A stretch of 63,953 nt of DNA, filler included, from Octopus bimaculoides (taxonomy: Eukaryota), in the NCBI RefSeq assembly GCF_001194135.2. It is 7 parts of 7 records of this genome, joined end to end, with 100 filler letters (N's around TTAATTAATTAA, not from the genome) between each part and the next. Parts side by side here need not be neighbours in the genome. Positions count along the whole stretch, not along the records: positions 1 to 23,639 come from NC_068983.1; positions 23,740 to 30,169 come from NC_068989.1; 5 more parts are not named here. One strand, written 5' to 3'. Below, in pieces: positions 13,833 through 26,640 of this stretch. The notes under the pieces are model-generated. The model was not told where the DNA came from. It was given only the letters and a program-made list of their open reading frames with translations, and ran no database searches. The first letter of the stretch is position 1. Every line of letters begins with the position of its first letter. The position numbers were made by a program, and so were the translations under genes.

Positions 13833-14589
13833 TACGAGGTGCGTTCCACCGACGGTTATTATTGCTCTCAATTGCTGTAATGTTAATACATCATTACTAT
13901 GCGTTTAAGAAGCTAACCTGCCAACTTCTGTCATTCTAGATTGAAGGAGACAGCTGTAAGAGCACTTTAAACACAGCCTACTAAACATTGCTTGTCGCAG
14001 CCGACTACTTTGTAGAAAGCAATCGAAGACGATTTGGAAGGCCATCACGCAATAAAATTTTGTGATAAATTAGGCAAAAACGCTATATAAACTCATGAAA
14101 TCCTCCAGTGTACTTATGGATTAACGTTTTTGCTGGTACAAGATGGCTAAGGTTGGTATCGAGGTGGTGAGAGGTGTAGGAGGGAGAGAGAGGTCAGAAC
14201 ACGAGAGCTGGTTGGGAAAATTGACAATTTTATGGATGAAGACTTTCGTGTACCAATAATAACAACAACGAGAGTACAGAGATGGGTATTAAAACTATTC
14301 CTTACCCTTCTTGCTGTTCAGACTTTGCTCCCCGTGAATTTTGTTTGCTTTCTAAGCTGAAAGAGTCTCACAGGGGAAGTTATTTTGAAGATGAAGGAGA
14401 TTGTGTTAAGTGTTGGACAACTTCAGTTTGAAGGACTTCCATTGGACTTACAGGAAAAAGCTGAAGCGCACCAGGAGTTGCATTGAAGTCAAAAGATCCT
14501 TCGTCAGAGGTTAAATTTCAGTAATTCTCTGAAATTAATAAATGTCTATCCTCATAAAGTATCAAAGCTTCTTGAATGTGCCTTGTATA
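13833..14589 (+). mobile_element. mariner deletion derivative
   Basis: Imperfect TIRs TACGAGGTGCGTTCC / GAATGTGCCTTGTA. Remnants AIKFCDKLGKNA..THEILQCTYG (N-terminus) and SDFAPREFCLLSKLKESHRG (YSPDLAP-like region). Confidence 0.8.
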
Positions 14590-15480
14590 TATCACTACAT
14601 ACTTCGATATGAAGTTTACGAAAATTACTACCCAGTGATAGATAGACTCTGACGTGTTCAGGTCCCACTCCAAAGTCCACTTGAGGACGGCATGACCAAG
14701 GCTGCAAGCTACATAAATTATCCAATCAACAACCATCCAAATAAAGAGATAAGTGGGTCCTTTTAAATAAGTATTGTAACACAGACGTATCACCACTAGT
14801 GCAGAAACCGCTTACTTATTCACGAACGGAAACACAATGCAGTTGGCATTGTCTGCAACAATTAACATCAAAAATATCAAACAAACTGCATAATTTATTT
14901 GTAAGGGAAAATATATAGCATATTAATACAAAAAGAATGTGTGTATATATATCAGACATTTCTTATGATTTCAATCATTTTTGACCAATTATTATGTGCA
15001 TTATATGCACATAAGTAAACGTGTGTGTATATATATGTATGTATATATATATATATATATATACATATGTACACACAGATACATACAAACATGTATTTCG
15101 CTATATATTAGTGTTGTTATCGTCGCTCTTTTTATTTTCGGTTCTTATTGCTGACATATTTATTGATTTCTCTGCACATACAGTAAATCAGGTGCATATT
15201 ATAATACTGGACGCAGGAGAATTGTAGAAAGATCACAGTCTATGATAATGCGCTTTACATGAAAGTACGTTAGATTTATTTACCGTGAGGGTGGTAGAAT
15301 CTAGCGTTTCGAGTTTTGCTCTTCTTCGGAGTATGAGGAAAATAAAAGAAATAGTGTTGTTGCAGCTTTTGGACTAATATCTACATATGTACTTATCTGA
15401 TGCAGATGAGGCGCCAGACCTGATTAGAATCAATTTTCAACTCATTCAGTTAAAACTTATGTCTGTGTACATGTGTATTG

Positions 15481-15521
<41 letters not shown>

Positions 15522-16398
15522 TGTGTAACTATACAACCAAAAGTAATGACCACAGTACGTTTACGTATGTTTGAGACTGAAAATATTCCTTAAGTTGCGA
15601 CTATATTGTTCTGGCATGCAAGGTGCACTGGGAAAACGTTTTAGGATAATGATCGGAAATTGAAAATATGTAGACGACATATTTGTAGTAAAATAGACAC
15701 ACCAGGAAATGAACTGCTATGATTTTAACTTATCAATACTTCATTTTTTTTTTTTTTTACATTTTGTATCAGTACTGGCAATCCAATAGATACGAACATT
15801 TACATGTGTGTACTAGAAGGTTTTCTCTGGGATATGAAAGAGTGAAGATTTTGTAGTTGTATGCTGTCAACTTAATGTGACAGTCCCCTGAAGGGAATAA
15901 TACTACTGTTGGTTAGACCTAGGAAGCTGCACCGCTTCCTGTCGGCCTTGACACATTTCCTGTGTCCTTATGTTCACAATGTATTATTTCTAAAAGTGAA
16001 GATTTTGTTAAACTGCAGATCACCTTAATGTTATTTCTATTCAATATTTTATGATATATAATAATATCTTCTTGTTTATGGTTCGTATTAAGCTTGGGTA
16101 TGTATTCATATATATGTACATATATATATATATATATATATATCAGCGTGATGCTATGTGATGGAATATTCTTTTAAATTAGATTGTAAATGTTTTCTGG
16201 TGTTTTTAGTTGAGTAAGTCATGTTATTGAAGGCGTGTGATTGGAACATTCGTTTCCATACAGTAACATATAATTTAATTCTGTATAGGGTTAATGTTTT
16301 GTTGTGATTGTTTTTGTCTTAAGTCTACAAAATTTTTTACAGGATGTTTGTTGGGATGGTTACTTTTAGGGTGAAATATTTACATAATTGTTTTAATG

Positions 16399-17097
16399 CA
16401 GGTATCGAACCTCTTATCCGGAATCCAGAAATCGGGAATTACCAGAAATCCGGCTATTTTTAAAACTGGCTAGCTTTGAATTTCGCCAGCTGTACTAGTT
16501 CGCCGCGCCGCTGCTTTGTTTTGGCTTCCACGCTGTATGTGTCGCACGACACCAGTTCCTGTGTGACTGCTGCTGGGTAGACGCCCTCCTCTCACAGTTT
16601 AGTTATTAATTTATTATAATTTATTATATAATTCATTATAATTTTTATGGGCAGCTTGCTAGTGGAAACCTGAAAAGAAAACATTTAACGCTCAGCATAG
16701 CGAAGAAAGGTGCTTCAGCGCGGATTTTGAGTGAGGAATATGTTGTTGGTATGTCTACTGTCTCTGATATCAACAAACAGAAAGAACAGATACTTAAATT
16801 TTACAGTGACAGTGATGTGCCTAAATTAATGGACAAGCGAAAAACTTTACGTCAGTCGAAGAGTGTTGGCATGGACAGGGTATTGTTTGAATGGATTAGG
16901 CAACGTCGTAGTGAAAAGTTTCCAATTAATTGTTCCATTATAATGGCCCAAGTTAAGCTGTTTCACGAGGAATTAAACTTTGACAAATCTGTACGATTAT
17001 TCAGCTGGATGGTTCAACAGATTTAAACAGAGGCACGGCCTTCGCAGGCTGAAAGTATGTGGAGAAAAAAACTTCTGCACACAACGAAGCTACATAT
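16399..17097 (+). mobile_element. Tigger/pogo transposase 5' fragment (CENP-B/psq HTH), truncated
   Basis: KRKHLTLSIAKK...EEYVVGMSTVSDINKQKEQI...RKTLRQSKSVGMDRVLFEWIRQRRSEKFPINCSIIMAQVKLFHEEL...SAGWFNRFKQRHG (frameshifted). A TIR-like start CAGGTATCGAACCTCTTATCCGG is present; no DDE domain follows. Confidence 0.88.
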
Positions 17098-18069
17098 TGT
17101 CATTAAGTGTTTATATTAGTATTTATATGTTGTTTACAATATGAACATAACAGCTGCAGCAAAACTTCATCACATATTGTAAAGCCTTTACGCAGTTCTG
17201 TAGCGCACGCAAAAAAATATTTTTGTGCATTTTGCCTTCTGAAGTGTTTGCTATTTTACTAAAATATATCAAGTTCGCTGTCTGCTTCTCTTGCAACTTC
17301 CCACCGTCAGGAAGAAACGACTCGCCCAAACTCGATTTTTCGATGCTTTCTTTCTCATCACCATGACCACAATCTCATTTTGGAAACCCCGATTCCTTTC
17401 CATTAAATTTAATTATTTAATCTATTCAAAACTTTGCTCTCTACGTATTATATCTACGCACTTGGAAACATGATACAATGTATTTATTCCATTCCCACAA
17501 AATGCCGCCGCGCACGCTCTACTGACTATCGACCTACTTTCCTCATTTCTAGTATCTGAATTCTTATGGATAGTATTGAAGCGAATGACGTTCTTCATTA
17601 TTTTTTGGTCTCTATTCCTACGCTCTTACTATCATTACACCTTCCTTGAAACCATATGCACTGGAGACTTGCTCTCCTGTCATCCACCTGCAGTTTCTCG
17701 CTTTTGATAACTTAGACAATTTTGACATCAACAACACTTCGGTGGTATCTGACATGAAAACGTTTCAGCTATGCTAGCTTCAAACTAACTCTGTGAACAG
17801 ATACTTTGAGAATGTAACAAATTATTTTCATTCTATTACACGAAACCACAAAAACTGCATATACCAAATATATTGCTTTGTATCACAATGTCTGCATGTA
17901 AACAACATATACGTAAACCATCAACTGCTGCCACTGCAAAATTTCCCAATATCTAATGTTTTTACATGCTAACCTCACATATAACATTTTAAATAACAGC
18001 TGTATCAATTCTAGCAGGAAATAAAAATTGTAAACAACATATAAATACTAATATAAACACTTAATGACA
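17098..18069. mobile_element. Unclassified non-autonomous element bounded by a perfect 43-bp inverted repeat
   Basis: 17098-17140 TGTCATTAAGTGTTTATATTAGTATTTATATGTTGTTTACAAT is the exact reverse complement of 18027-18069. Confidence 0.65.
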
Positions 18070-18467
18070 TTATTATGTCTATTGAACATAAAAATATTTT
18101 TTTAAAATATAGACTCTTTAAAACTTAAAAAATAAAGCATAACTTCATATTATACATCGTAAAGAATGGAAATAATCGTAAATCAGATTATTTATTTTTT
18201 CATTTACTTTGGTTGTGGGTATTTTTATCCAACATTTTCCGATAAAATATATAAAATGACTGCTTTCAAGTTTGAAATTATTGATTTTTTAATATAAAAA
18301 TGTTATCAGGGATGTCTATGGAGGTGGATGCTTAACATTTCCTGTAAGAACTCTCTATAATGTGGTTTGAAGTCTGAACATGGTTTGCAAAGGTAATTTG
18401 AACTGAGCATGAACTTTAATTACCATCACGATATATATGCATACACACACACTAATACACACACACT

Positions 18468-18518
<51 letters not shown>

Positions 18519-18596
18519 TAAGATTAGGTTGGGTGAGAAGTTGTGGTATATGACGTATATATANNNNNNNNNNGGTGAGAAGTTGTGGTATATGAC

Positions 18597-18639
<43 letters not shown>

Positions 18640-20018
18640 CATGTATGTATGTATGTATGTGTGTATGTATGTATGTATATATATGTTGTCGAACAGTATA
18701 TTACTGGTTATGGCGTATTACTGGTCAGAATATTGATGCGCTGACTATGCTATTTGATATTATTGACGACTCATAGCTGTTTTCAAGCTGGAAGTATATA
18801 AACAACCTAGGTGGCTCCATGTTGCGAAAAATTACACCATTTACGGGGCAGGGAAGAGGAGTTACTTCCCATAAATTGGTTATTCTTTCCGCAAAACGAA
18901 GCTAACAGTGTATACTCCCATTCAGGTATAGTCCAGATCGTGCAAGCAATTTTCAATTGACTTTTTTAAGGCATTGTTCCTATTTTAATCGGTATATATA
19001 CCTGGCTAGCACTGTAACATTGCGCCTCTCTTGGATTCTAAATTAGGGTCTGACTCTAAAGGAATGTGTTCCCATACTCAAGAAGCGAGATATTTGGATA
19101 CTGCGCCTATGAGGAAAATTTCGTCTTGGTAACGTGGTCATCTCACTTATGGAGTGAGGTAAGACATATCTATAAAAACAGGCAACTAAAACAGTTCACC
19201 CACGGATAACATGAATCCATAGGAAGTAATTCTTCTCTAATTCCCACTAAGTGCTATATTTCTTCAATAGGTTTCGTTCCGCTTTTTTTTTTTGCCTACA
19301 TTAAGACAACGAGAGTCTGAAAATTACTTCCAGCATAAAAGAGTTTATGCTTTTCTGGAAAGCGTGTGTGAAGTGTCGTTAATAGTGCCAGTGCAATAGT
19401 CGGCGCAAAATCTAAGATAACATTCTGATCAGTTGTTTAACATACGCAATAATATACTATTCGATCATATAAAAACATAACAACTCTACTTTTCATGTTC
19501 TTTGTGCCTTATTTCGAATTTATGGATAACTATGTGATAACGTAAACTCAAAGGTACATACACACACGCACACACACACACACACACACGCGCGCATTTA
19601 ATTATTCTTAGTGTTTATAGATAAACACTACTAAAGGGAGAAGTCAGCTCACAACAGCATATCGTCCAAGATTTTCTGAAGATGGAATCCAGAACCTGAA
19701 ATATAGCTATAGAAGGTAAAAGTACAAACAGCGACCTGTGATATTTCTTATTACTTGGGTTGTTCTGTAAGTGGATAAGAAAAAGATATTGAAATTGTTT
19801 TTATATCAGACAATACATCATGCAAACTATAATACTGTACATACATACATACACGCATATATTGTGAGTGTGTGTGCGTATGTGTGTCTTAAATTCATAT
19901 GCATATATGTTCATACAATTACATATACATATCTATATATGTAAGTGCGTATATATATGAGTGTGTGTGTGTGTGCGTATGTATATATGTAGTACATATA
20001 TACATACATATATATATG

Positions 20019-20078
<60 letters not shown>

Positions 20079-21814
20079 CAAAATAAGCAACAAGGCTAAC
20101 CAAAGTTAATGCAGTATGATCGTTTCATGCGACTCCATTTATTTAAGCAATGTGAACATTACATCAAATGTAAAATGCAGAGCAATCCGCAGCTGCACAA
20201 AGATATAAAAATTTACTGAAATTACATTTCAACAGAAGGACATATTTCTATAACTACATTTAAACTCTCCAAGTAGAAAGGAAGAATACAAAAAAACCAT
20301 TTTGACTTAGCCAGACCATACAGGCTAGTAATTAATTCTAAGCAGATTTTTAACTGTCACTGATTTTATTTGTTTTTTGGTTTCTGATTTATGGATCATC
20401 TTATCAGACCTAGTGATTCAAAGCTTATGAGGGCACTAGCATTTTCTTTGTAGGGAAAGGGCTAAACACTATAGACTGTAGACGTGGATGATATAGTTAT
20501 AAAATTTCTTTGGGTTTAGTGATAAACTACTATAGGCCGGGGTTTCTCTACTAGCAGGCCAGATTATAATGGAGCAGGAGAACTTTTAACATAAGTCACC
20601 TAGATCAAAAGTATATAAAATAAAGTTGCAAAACATCCAGACAGTTAGGTGATACAAGAAAGGGACAACAAAACATCCTGATAGACGATACAAAGAAAAC
20701 AAGGTCAGGTCATTCGGAGTTTTCTTTCCTCAGTCGAGTTCCAAATTATCTTTGCAATTTCAGCTGGTTATACTTGAGATTGCTCCAATCTGGCCAGCCC
20801 CAAGGAAAAACTAAGCTAAGAGCATTGGATTCCTCGGAGGAAAGCAGCGAATGTATACGCAAACAAGGACGGAAAAAATGGAGAAATGTTACATGAATAC
20901 AAATGCAAATAACAGGCCATAACAACAGGTGTCTTTCGACTAAGGACGAATTAAATTAAGCTGGCGTGTGTGGAAGTAAAGCCTTACGGCAGGCACATAA
21001 GATTTTTACAGGCACATGGAGGAATATAGATGTTCCACGGATGGTAGTCGAACCAAGAAAGAAAGGTTATATATATTATATAAAACAAAAGCATTCTAAT
21101 TTATGATCGATATCCAACTCTTGTAATTAGCTGCAAAAGTTGTATTATGGGGCCCAAATTAACATAACATGAAAATATACTTTTGGTCTATCTTATACAT
21201 TGACATAAATTTAGTAAACGCTTGTATATTTTTCGATTAATAAAAACTGTCTTCGATATATCTGGAGCTTTGTTCTTTTAATGTTATTTGGTTTTTGAAA
21301 ACTCACTGTACATCTTTATTTCACTGTGTAAATCACTGTAGTTGGAAGAATTTTCTTTCACTATGCACTTGAGGATTTTATGATCAAATGTTCACTACAA
21401 TAAAACATTCGGCAATTTCTCATGATTTTTACCGCTAGATGTTGATGATCATTACTACACTATAGCATTTACTTATGTGTGAGTGAATCAGCAGACTTCA
21501 GCTAAGTTAAACGTATTTGTATTGAATGAATACCGTGGCCGTTAGAACATGCGACCTACAAATTCTTCATTTTCATTACACCACACTTGATTTTTGCCCT
21601 AAATTTGAGTGGACGATAACATGATTTGTGTTGTAATGCATTCGCCAATCATTTAAAACCTTGTTGCCATTTCCGTTTACCGGATATTACCTCAGTCACC
21701 CCGATTATTAGTATGTTCAATATGTGTAATTATCTACTTAATCATTCAGTCACAAACAAAAACTGATAGGAACACCAACTTATCGGTACATATTCTATTA
21801 CTCTTTACTCTTTT

Positions 21815-22021
21815 ACTCTTTTACTTGTTTCAGTCATTTGACTGTGGCCATGCTGGAGCACCGCCTTTTTAGTCGAGCAAATCGACCCCAGGACTTATTC
21901 TTTGGAAGCCTGGTATTTATTCTATCGGTCTCTTTTGCCGAACCGCTAAGTTACGGGGATGTAAATACACCGGCATCGGTTTTCAAGCGATGTTTGGTGG
22001 GGGGGATAAACACAGACACAA

Positions 22022-22062
<41 letters not shown>

Positions 22063-22175
22063 NNNNNNNNNNNNNNNNNNNNNNNNNNNNNNNNNNNNNN
22101 NNNNNNNNNNNNNNNNNNNNNNNNNNNNNNNNNNNNNNNNNNNNNNNNNNNNNNNNNNNNNNNNNNNNNNNNNNN

Positions 22176-22206
<31 letters not shown>

Positions 22207-22375
22207 TATACGACGTGCTTCTTTCAGTTTCCGTCTACCAAATCCACTCACAGGATTTGGTCGGCCCGAGGCTATTGTAGAAGACACTTGCCCAAGGTGC
22301 CACGCAGTGGGAATGAACCTAGAACCATGTGGTTGGTAAGCAAGCTACTTACCACACAGCTACTCCTGCGCCTAT
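21815..22375 (-). mobile_element. Full-length tRNA-derived SINE family A
   Basis: Minus strand reads: head TAGGCGCAGGAGTAGCTGTGTGGTAAG, B-box-like GGTTCATTCC, CORE-like GGCACCTTGGGCAAGTGTCTTC, internal (TA)n/(TG)n with a gap, 3' body, and tail GACTGAAACAAGT(AAAAGAGT)n. Confidence 0.88.
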
Positions 22376-23512
22376 GTTGTTTAATGGTACAAGTGCCAGG
22401 GCAAACGTTAAAATTTATGAGCTTTTCCTTAACGTAGAATATTCAATCCAAGCTTGTTGATGCCAATAGTAACCGACCCCATTGCTACATCCAAGGCTAG
22501 ATTGCATGATATAGTTGTGTTAATACGTTTCTGTTTAGAAACTCGTGTTAAAATATGGAAGCCAACAAAAAATATGACGTATCGAAAACTGCTAATTAAT
22601 CATCTTATTATAGTATTGCGTCAGCCATATTTGTGCGCAATAGTTATGGTCAATATAAACATGTAAACAAAGGAAAACTTAAACGTTACGAAATACAACT
22701 GATAAAAAAGGTTTATATAAAAACTAAATTTACTAAAGCTACAACTACGATAAAATCAATATGTTTTACCTCTAACTTAGTTTAATAAATTATATTCTGA
22801 AAAATCAAATACATATTCATGACAAACGTTCTTAATTGAATTTATAGCAAATCACAATGATATAGTACGTGTGTAGAAAACTTAATGTACATATTTACTA
22901 TTTAATTAATATTTTTATATCGATATTATATCTACTAAGCATTCTTTAATGCTTATATTTACCGATGCTAGTGTAATAATAAAACGTGAAGTATCAACAG
23001 TTTCAAATTACAAGTAGTTTTAGCATATAATTAATCATTTATAATAATAATATATCCGATGGTATTTTTTAAAACACCCAACCAGTTTCAATATGAAAAT
23101 TCTAAATTAATTTAATTTTAATTTAATTCCTCTAATTGAATTAGTTCGACATGGAAACGGTTGTAGGGATACGAATCTCATATTATATAGTTTTGAATAT
23201 CTTTAAATAAACTGATGTCCAAATGTCAATTTCTCTATTTTCTTCTTTTTTCATTCATAAATATTTCAAATACCAATGTATATAAATTCAAAACTAACGC
23301 ATCTCTTCTTTCATTGAACACTGTTATAGACTGGAGAACAAGGATGCAAACATCCCTTAAAGGATTGTATGTCCTTGGTATGATTATATATATATATATA
23401 TGCACCTATACATACAGGTGGATGTCGGTATGCACATACCTGTACGTATATATTCGTAAACTTATCCTCCGACGCTACTCTATCTCTTTCTCTTTCCTTT
23501 CTCCCCCCCCTC

Positions 23513-23625
23513 GTTCTTCCTCTGTACTACTACGTATCTCGCCTTACCCCTCTTGTTCTTCCTCTGTACTACTACGTATCTCGCCTTACCCCTCTTGTTC
23601 TTCCTCTGTTACTACTACGTATCTC
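23513..23625. repeat. 42-bp minisatellite, about 2.7 copies
   Basis: Unit GTTCTTCCTCTGTACTACTACGTATCTCGCCTTACCCCTCTT starts at 23513, 23555 and 23597. Confidence 0.9.
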
Positions 23626-23739
23626 CTTTTTCCCCCTCGNNNNNNNNNNNNNNNNNNNNNNNNNNNNNNNNNNNNNNNNNNNNTTAATTAATTAANNNNN
23701 NNNNNNNNNNNNNNNNNNNNNNNNNNNNNNNNNNNNNNN

Positions 23740-23793
<54 letters not shown>

Positions 23794-24000
23794 TGTGTAT
23801 ATGCTTATATATATGTATATGTGTATGTGTGTATGCATGATTTTGTATGTATGTATTTATATGTATGTATGTGTATATATGTGTGTACATGTGTGTTTAT
23901 ATATGTATATGTGTGTGCGTGCACTTGTATGTGCATGTTTATATTTTATGTATGTGTTTGTAGGTGTGTGTATGTATATATGTGTGTATTTGTGTATATG

Positions 24001-24044
<44 letters not shown>

Positions 24045-25499
24045 AGTATATAGATGTATATGTGTGTGTATGTATGTGTGTATATGCACATATATATACT
24101 TATATAGTCTTATGTAAATACGTACTTCTTTATTTTACTTGTATCTTCCCTCACACTTGCACCCCTGTATCTGTATGTGTGAGTGTATGCACGTTTTTGT
24201 GCGTGTGTATATGTGTGTGTGTTGTGTATGTATGTAGGTATATGTGTATGACTATATATCCTTATGTGTTAAGTGTATACGTTTTTTTCTATCACTTGTA
24301 AATTTATAATAATTTTCTCCCTCATATACTCGTTTTTGTTCCTACTTTTTTCTGATTTTCTGCCCTACCCCGGGCTAGGTTTTATGTTAGGTAACTCTCT
24401 TGAATACACCAGCCGGTCTTGTCTGTGATCGATGTTTTTTCCTTGTTAAGTTCTCTTTGTTTTTTTTTCTCTGCTTGTATGTACATTTTTACTTAAATAT
24501 TGTAACTTTTTCAAACATATCTTGCCTATCACTTTTAGCCTCGTGTAATATATATATTTTTTTTTGTTTTTCAATATCAATATGTATATGTATAACTCTC
24601 TTTGTTTTTTTTCTGCTAGTGCACCTGTTACATTATATTCTACTGTACACAACGTGGCCCTGTTTACATTATACTTCATCTCGGCCTGTTACCATTTTTT
24701 TAAAAACATATCCGTTAGATTTTTATTCTTATTTTCATGTTATAGCTTACCGCACATATAGACGTGCATGCACATTGATATGTCTGTCTTTTTTTTTTCT
24801 GTCGTCTCTCTCACTATTATTATTACTGTTATTTTTCCCTTTTACAATTTGCTTGTAAATATCTGATTTTTCCCTATTACCCCCTTTGTATTCTCTCTTA
24901 TTGTATCTTATTTTAATTTATTTTATTTTATTAAACCTTTTTTTATGTCCTTCCAAAAATTCTTCACACTGATGAGAATGATAATGCATAAATTTAATTA
25001 TAATTACTATGATTATAATTTTTTTCTTACATATTTGTATTGTCCTTTAAAACGCACATACGTATTGAATCCTATTTTGTATTAAATCTAATTTTGATGC
25101 AACATCTTTTTCTCCTCATTTTTCTATAATTGTTTATGGTATATTTATACCTATAACGATATTTTTCAGTTACTATTTTCATATTCTTATTAGTTGCTCT
25201 GGCTGTTTTTTTATGAATATGATGAATCTTTATTAGAAATCATTCTTTCTCTCTATAACGTATATATATATATATATATATATNNNNNNNNNNNNNNNNN
25301 NNNNNNNNNNNNNNNNNNNNNNNNNNNNNNNNNNNNNNNNNNNNNNNNNNNNNNNNNNNNNNNNNNNNNNNNNNNNNNNNNNNNNNNNNNNNNNNNNNNN
25401 NNNNNNNNNNNNNNNNNNNNNNNNNNNNNNNNNNNNNNNATATATACGTAGATATATATATACATATATATATATATATATTTCCAAGATTTCAAATTT

Positions 25500-26130
25500 G
25501 TATATTTAAAAGGATAGAGACTTTCAACACGGTCGATTTTTTTCCATTTATTTAATTATTTAGCATCCGATGTCAACATTTCTGTGCTCAACTCTATCCA
25601 ACGACTGATCTGTTGAATGTATGACGTTTCGCACTTCATCAGGAATGGTTTCCATTAGAACAAATGACCAAAAAACACAATTATCGATCAGAACAGATTA
25701 TTAAAAATTATTTAACTATACCGTTTTTTTCGCTATGCTGTTTTGATTATATTTAGATATACAGGGGAGGTAACTCCTTAATATTTTCTGTTGTCACTGC
25801 TCTCCTGTGAATGCCTACTAGATTAATTTATTTTATTAATTTATTTATTAATTTATTTATTATTGACTATTGATTATTCACGATAGGGAGATTATTTTTG
25901 TTGCCCCTGGGAGGCTATCATTGCTATTATTTTATTTTACATTCATACTGTGTCTCATTATTGGGCTAAGAGAATTTTATCCAGAAATCATTGCTCCTAG
26001 GAATCTTTTCAAGCTCCATCAGTGATATATTCAATAATATTTCGATATATTATCATTATTTGCTATTACCATTATATTCTATGGGTTTTATACTAAGATT
26101 TGAACCTCATCTCTTCTTACTTAAGGAATC
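25500..26130 (-). mobile_element. Probable Penelope-like element 3' remnant carrying a hammerhead-like motif
   Basis: Weak GIY-YIG C-terminus-like remnant (ELEK...FWIK) upstream of CTGATGA-N5-GAAACGTC on the same strand. Confidence 0.4.
25623..25642 (-). ncRNA. Minimal hammerhead-ribozyme-like core
   Basis: Minus strand CTGATGA-AGTGC-GAAAC-GTC: intact core, ACGT palindromic helix III and GUC cleavage triplet; helix II is vestigial and helix I is not evident. Confidence 0.55.
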
Positions 26131-26640
26131 TAATCAATGATCCTTTGGGGTGAAGTCTTATGCTATATTGGTAACGATTACAAAATTTACTGGAAAATTA
26201 TATATATGTATATATATGTATATATNNNNNNNNNNNNNNNNNNNNNNNNNNNNNNNNNNNNNNNNNNNNNNNNNNNNNNNNNNNNNNNNNNNNNNNNNNN
26301 NNNNNNNNNNNNNNNNNNNNNNNNNNNNNNNNNNNNNNNNNNNNNNNNNNNNNNNNNNNNNNNNNNNNNNNNNNNNNNNNNNNNNNNNNNNNNNNNNNNN
26401 NNNNNNNNNNNNNNNNNNNNNNNNNNNNNNNNNNNNNNNNNNNNNNNNNNNNNNNNNNNNNNNNNNNNNNNNNNNNNNNNNNNNNNNNNNNNNNNNNNNN
26501 NNATATATATGTGAGAGGTATCTAGAAGGCTCAAAGAGTATCGGGTATTGCTTAGTAAGTGCTATGGACAGACCGTGATTAAACTCTTGGTTCGATAATT
26601 ATACGATGAGGAGTCTAATGTGGGTCTTGTATTAGCATGC

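Noticed and set aside
18532-18605. Exact 32-bp direct repeat GGTGAGAAGTTGTGGTATATGACGTATATATA
   Set aside because: The copies sit on either side of a 10-N gap, which is the signature of unmerged overlapping contig ends.
20713-20738. Minus-strand CTGAGGA-AAGAAAACTCC-GAAT in a probable dispersed repeat (20620-21065)
   Set aside because: GAAT replaces GAAA and there is no helix I; it is insufficient without a family consensus.
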